NCBI RefSeq assembly: GCF_001194135.2
Contig: NC_068981.1
Location: 45,456,694-45,513,629 of the forward strand
Length of the DNA: 56,936 nt
DNA from: Octopus bimaculoides
Taxonomy: Eukaryota
Direction of reading: 5' to 3'
The first letter of the stretch is position 1; each line of letters opens with the position of its first letter. A program made the position numbers and the translations under genes. The notes beneath the pieces were generated by a model. That model made no database searches. It was given only the letters and a program-made list of their open reading frames with translations, and was not told the DNA's origin. Of the stretch, positions 53,365 through 56,936 are shown in pieces.

Positions 53365-53678
53365 TTTAATATTTTACTTGTTTCAGATATTTGACTACGA
53401 CCAGGAAATATTTTTTTATAAACCTAGTACTTATTCTATTGGTCTATTTTGCCGAACAAGTAAGTTACGGGGGCGTAAACACACCAACATCGGTTGTCAA
53501 GCGATGGTGGGCGAAAAACACAGTGACACAAACNNNNNNNNNNNNNNNNNNNNNNNNNNNNNNNNNNNNNNNNNNNNNNNNNNNNNNNNNNNNNNNNNNN
53601 NNNNNNNNNNNNNNNNNNNNNNNNNNNNNNNNNNNNNNNNNNNNNNNNNNNNNNNNNNNNNNNNNNNNNNNNNNNNNN

Positions 53679-53709
<31 letters not shown>

Positions 53710-53872
53710 GCGACGGGCTTCTCTCGGCTTCCATCTAACAAATCCACTAACAAGTCATTGGTCGGCCCGCGGATATAGTAGAAGGCATGTGCCCAAATTT
53801 CCACGCAGTCGGACTGAACCCGGAACCATGTGGTTGGGAAGAAAACATCTTACCACACAGCTATGCCTCCGC
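53365..53872 (-). mobile_element. SINE family B, near full length, with its internal microsatellite in a gap
   Basis: tacttgtttcagatatttgact..ctagtacttattctat..gttacgggggcgtaaacacacc..gacgggcttct..aaatccact..gtcggcccg..ggactgaacccggaaccatgtggttgggaag..ttaccacacagc. Confidence 0.9.
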
Positions 53873-54764
53873 TTATGTTCATAATTATGTAAAGAAAACA
53901 AAACAAAAACTATAAACAGGGTCCAAAATAAAGTCTCATAATTGTATTTTATTTTTCTGTAACTGGAAATGATAATCATATATTGTTTCAAAGCGTTTAA
54001 GTTTTACGCCTAACTATTTGCTTTTAAGCCTCTTTTATGTTCTATTAATTTATCGCTACCATATCAATTTTCATCGATTATTTGAAGATTTTATTTTTCT
54101 TAGTGACTTCGTGGTAATTTTCATTAGCAAGCAATTTTTTCCTGTATAATATTTTTTCACGTTGTTCTTTTCATCACAATTACTTCATGTTCTGTTCCAA
54201 CTAACCCTTTAATTTATTGACGAAATAAAAACTTTATCCTGCATTTTTCCACATACTAATTGTTTAATATCTCTCTGTATTAAAAAACAAAATGCCAAAA
54301 TAAAGAAACAATTTCTGCATCAATAGTCATATAATAACGAAGAAACTTATACTTTCTGATATCTTCAATATTACACAGTTAGCTTAATGAAAGCCACGTC
54401 TAAATCTAAGATAAACTAAGCTACTTTTCACAATGATCAATAGGAGAAGAAAAATTAATTATAGAAATGTTAGATAATTGAAGCAAAATAGGCAAATTAA
54501 TCCGCTATCATTAGACGTGATATATTGCATAATGAGAATATTAGAATGGCAAAAATCTAGTAACGTAACAGAGATAAGATATGTGACCTTATTCATTATT
54601 TATCTCAGAAGTAGAGGTGAAAAGCAACTGAGACATTAACGCAGATACTGGAGTGATTTGAAACTATTTTTACAGACTTTCACAAGTACCATTTTCAAGT
54701 CATTTGACTGTCATACCTATGCTAAGTCTATTAATATTGCTTTCATATTTTGGCACTATAGCAA

Positions 54765-54962
54765 AAATTTCATGGGAGGGATAAGTGGATTACACCGTTC
54801 CCGATGTTCTCATTTTATCCACGACGTATTTATGTTATCCACCACGAAAGGATAAAAAGCAAGCTCGTCCACGGCGGTATGCTAACTCAGAACCTAAGGA
54901 CGGGTGAAATACCGCTAAAGATTTTTCAGGGTCAGTAACGATTATGCTAGAACACCGCCTTA
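54765..54962 (-). mobile_element. SINE family A copy
   Basis: cgaaaggataaaaagcaag..aactcagaac..gaaataccgctaa..aacgattatgctag..accgcctt. Confidence 0.78.
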
Positions 54963-54989
54963 ATCGTATAATCAATATTAAATATAATA

Positions 54990-55205
54990 AAGGCGACGAG
55001 CTACTCGAATCGTTTGCACCCCGGTAAAAATGCTTAGTGGCATTTCGTCCGATTTCACGTTCTGGATCCAAATTCCTACAACGTTACTTTGCTTTCTTCC
55101 TTTCAGGATCGATCAAAGGATGTTAGTTGTGTACTGCGGTTTCTCTAATCGACTTAACCGCCTCTTCAAAATTGCAGTCCGTTTGCCAAACATTGAAATC
55201 AATAT
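54990..55205 (+). mobile_element. SINE family A copy, head-to-head with the previous copy
   Basis: aaggcgacgagct..gaatcgtttgcac..aaatgcttagtggcatttcgtcc..ttcacgttctg..tttgctttcttcctttcaggatcgat..taatcgacttaac. Confidence 0.82.
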
Positions 55206-55532
55206 TAAATATCCTCATGGCATATTTAACCTGCTGAAACGTAGTACAATTTGATTTCACATCAACTATATCCTCATATGATATTGTAAATATGTTTTGT
55301 GAAGCATTTATTATTGTGAGCGAATAGAATCTTCAATAATTGTGGAGTCTTCTAGAATTATACAAGAACGGGCATATATTGACCTTAAAACTACTCGGAA
55401 ACACATATTTTAACTCAAAGCTACCAAACCAACGAAGGTTTTAACAATATGCTGATTTTATGTGAAAATAATTCATAACAAGGCTTATTGAGTATCATGG
55501 AACATGCAGTCCTAGTTCATATGTTCCCATGA

Positions 55533-55598
55533 TTGAAATGGAAGAGCGTCGTGCTAAATACTTCTATATATGTTTAGTGCAGCACTCTTCCATTTCAA
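55533..55598 (+). ncRNA. Candidate pre-miRNA-like hairpin (66 nt)
   Basis: 28-position stem with 22 Watson-Crick pairs, 4 G:U pairs, 2 C:A mismatches and a 10-nt loop. I do not recognise a match to a known miRNA. Confidence 0.35.
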
Positions 55599-55729
55599 GG
55601 ATAGGAACTAAACACCTTTCTGTATTTACATTTATATGCGTTGGGTCGAAATAATGATTTGATCACTTTGGAATAAGACCCAACCAAGTATAATGGTGAT
55701 CTACTCAACAAATCAACGTCTACATCCTC

Positions 55730-55733
55730 CTCT

Positions 55734-55765
<32 letters not shown>

Positions 55766-55801
55766 CTCCTCCTCCTCCTCTTCCTCATCATCATCATCAT
55801 C
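55730..55801. repeat. (CCT/CTT)n-(CAT)n microsatellite
   Basis: Read directly; explains the poly-Glu/Asp ORF. Confidence 0.93.
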
Positions 55802-55997
55802 CTTTCCTTTCGTTTTTTTTTTGTTTCTTACAGAGTCTCTTCCCGACACCTAGGGCAAAGAAACTCGCTGCATACATTGTTAGCCAGTAAAATAGACAAC
55901 CAGATTGATCATTTACAAAAACATGTGATAGCAGAAAGAGGAAGAAAGGCAGAGTAAAAAAAAAAGCAGTAAAGGAAGAAACGAAAAAGAAAAATGC

Positions 55998-56730
55998 TAT
56001 TATTATTTGATGAAAACTCATAGTTTATTTTGTTGAGTATGATGGAAAGTGTCAGCTGTCCTCAGTCAGCACACAAATGTGACAATTGTTAACTGTCATG
56101 CTTCTTGCAGTTCCATGCAATGCTGATTTTTGTAGATGTTCTACCATTACATTTGTACCAATCTTTTTGAGTCATGTTGGTATTTGAGTGCCAATAATTC
56201 CAAGTGCCCCAATTACTATTGGTGTCACTTCTGCTTTCTTCATTGACCACAACCTTCGTATTTCCCACTTCAAATCGTCGTAGTTGTTCGGTTTTACTTC
56301 TTTCTCTCTGATCTTGTTCTCATCGAGGCAGGCTATGTCAATGATTATGCATGATCTTACTTTTTTATTCACCACAACAATATGCGGTAACCGAAGTTTC
56401 GTCAGGTGATAGCATCCCACATGATCTTTTCTATTTTAATTCTCACTGACTCCTTCTGGTGTTTGCTCATTGTTGGCCGTGATTTCCACAGAACTCTCGA
56501 TGGATCAATGTTGCTATATTTTCATGTGGTCATGTGTATTCGCGTTGTACTAATTTCGGGCATTCGCTAACGATGTGCCATACTGTTTCACACCTTTCAC
56601 CACGCGTTCTGCGTTTGTCGCTGTCGGTATTGTTGCCGATATTGCACTTCACATAGTAAATCATTAACGCTGTTTGGACTGCGTATACAAGTGCTACTGT
56701 CGCTATCTTCAAGTCACTACTCCTCATACA
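55998..56730 (-). mobile_element. 5'-truncated Dong/R4-clade LINE (CCHC and restriction-like endonuclease region, 3' UTR)
   Basis: MRSSDLKIAT..YVKCNI..GERCETVWHIVSECPKLVQREY (decayed CCHC), then IVVVNKKVRSCIIIDIAC..KE..YDDLKWEIRRLW..VTPIVIGALG (PD-(D/E)xK RLE), then LQKSALHGTAR. Confidence 0.92.
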
Positions 56731-56927
<197 letters not shown>

Positions 56928-56936
56928 TGTTTGACT

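Overview
AT-rich, microsatellite-dense animal genomic DNA from a draft short-read assembly, with 14 N-gaps, most bounded by (AT)n or other simple repeats. The SINE families, Dong/R4 LINEs, Penelope-like remnants and repeat density resemble an octopus (coleoid cephalopod) genome; this is recognition from memory, not a database result. No host protein-coding exon can be supported, and nearly all ORF-track entries are translations of microsatellites or gaps. The window is intergenic or intronic and filled with mobile elements: about 12 tRNA-derived SINE copies, two 5'-truncated Dong/R4 LINEs abutting trinucleotide tracts, a Penelope-like RT remnant, a Tc1/pogo-type MITE and a fold-back MITE family. 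It also holds a 720-bp element with terminal inverted repeats (TIRs), a TAT target-site duplication (TSD) and a decayed SAP-SWIM gene. The most interesting signals are: (i) minimal type I hammerhead ribozyme (HHR) motifs from distinct elements, one downstream of a tRNA-type Pol III head and a microsatellite (25329-25678) and one with a U4C core variant inside a 62-bp inverted-repeat structure that appears in both orientations (42949-43840); (ii) the SAP-SWIM TIR element; (iii) a 66-nt pre-miRNA-like hairpin at 55533-55598.
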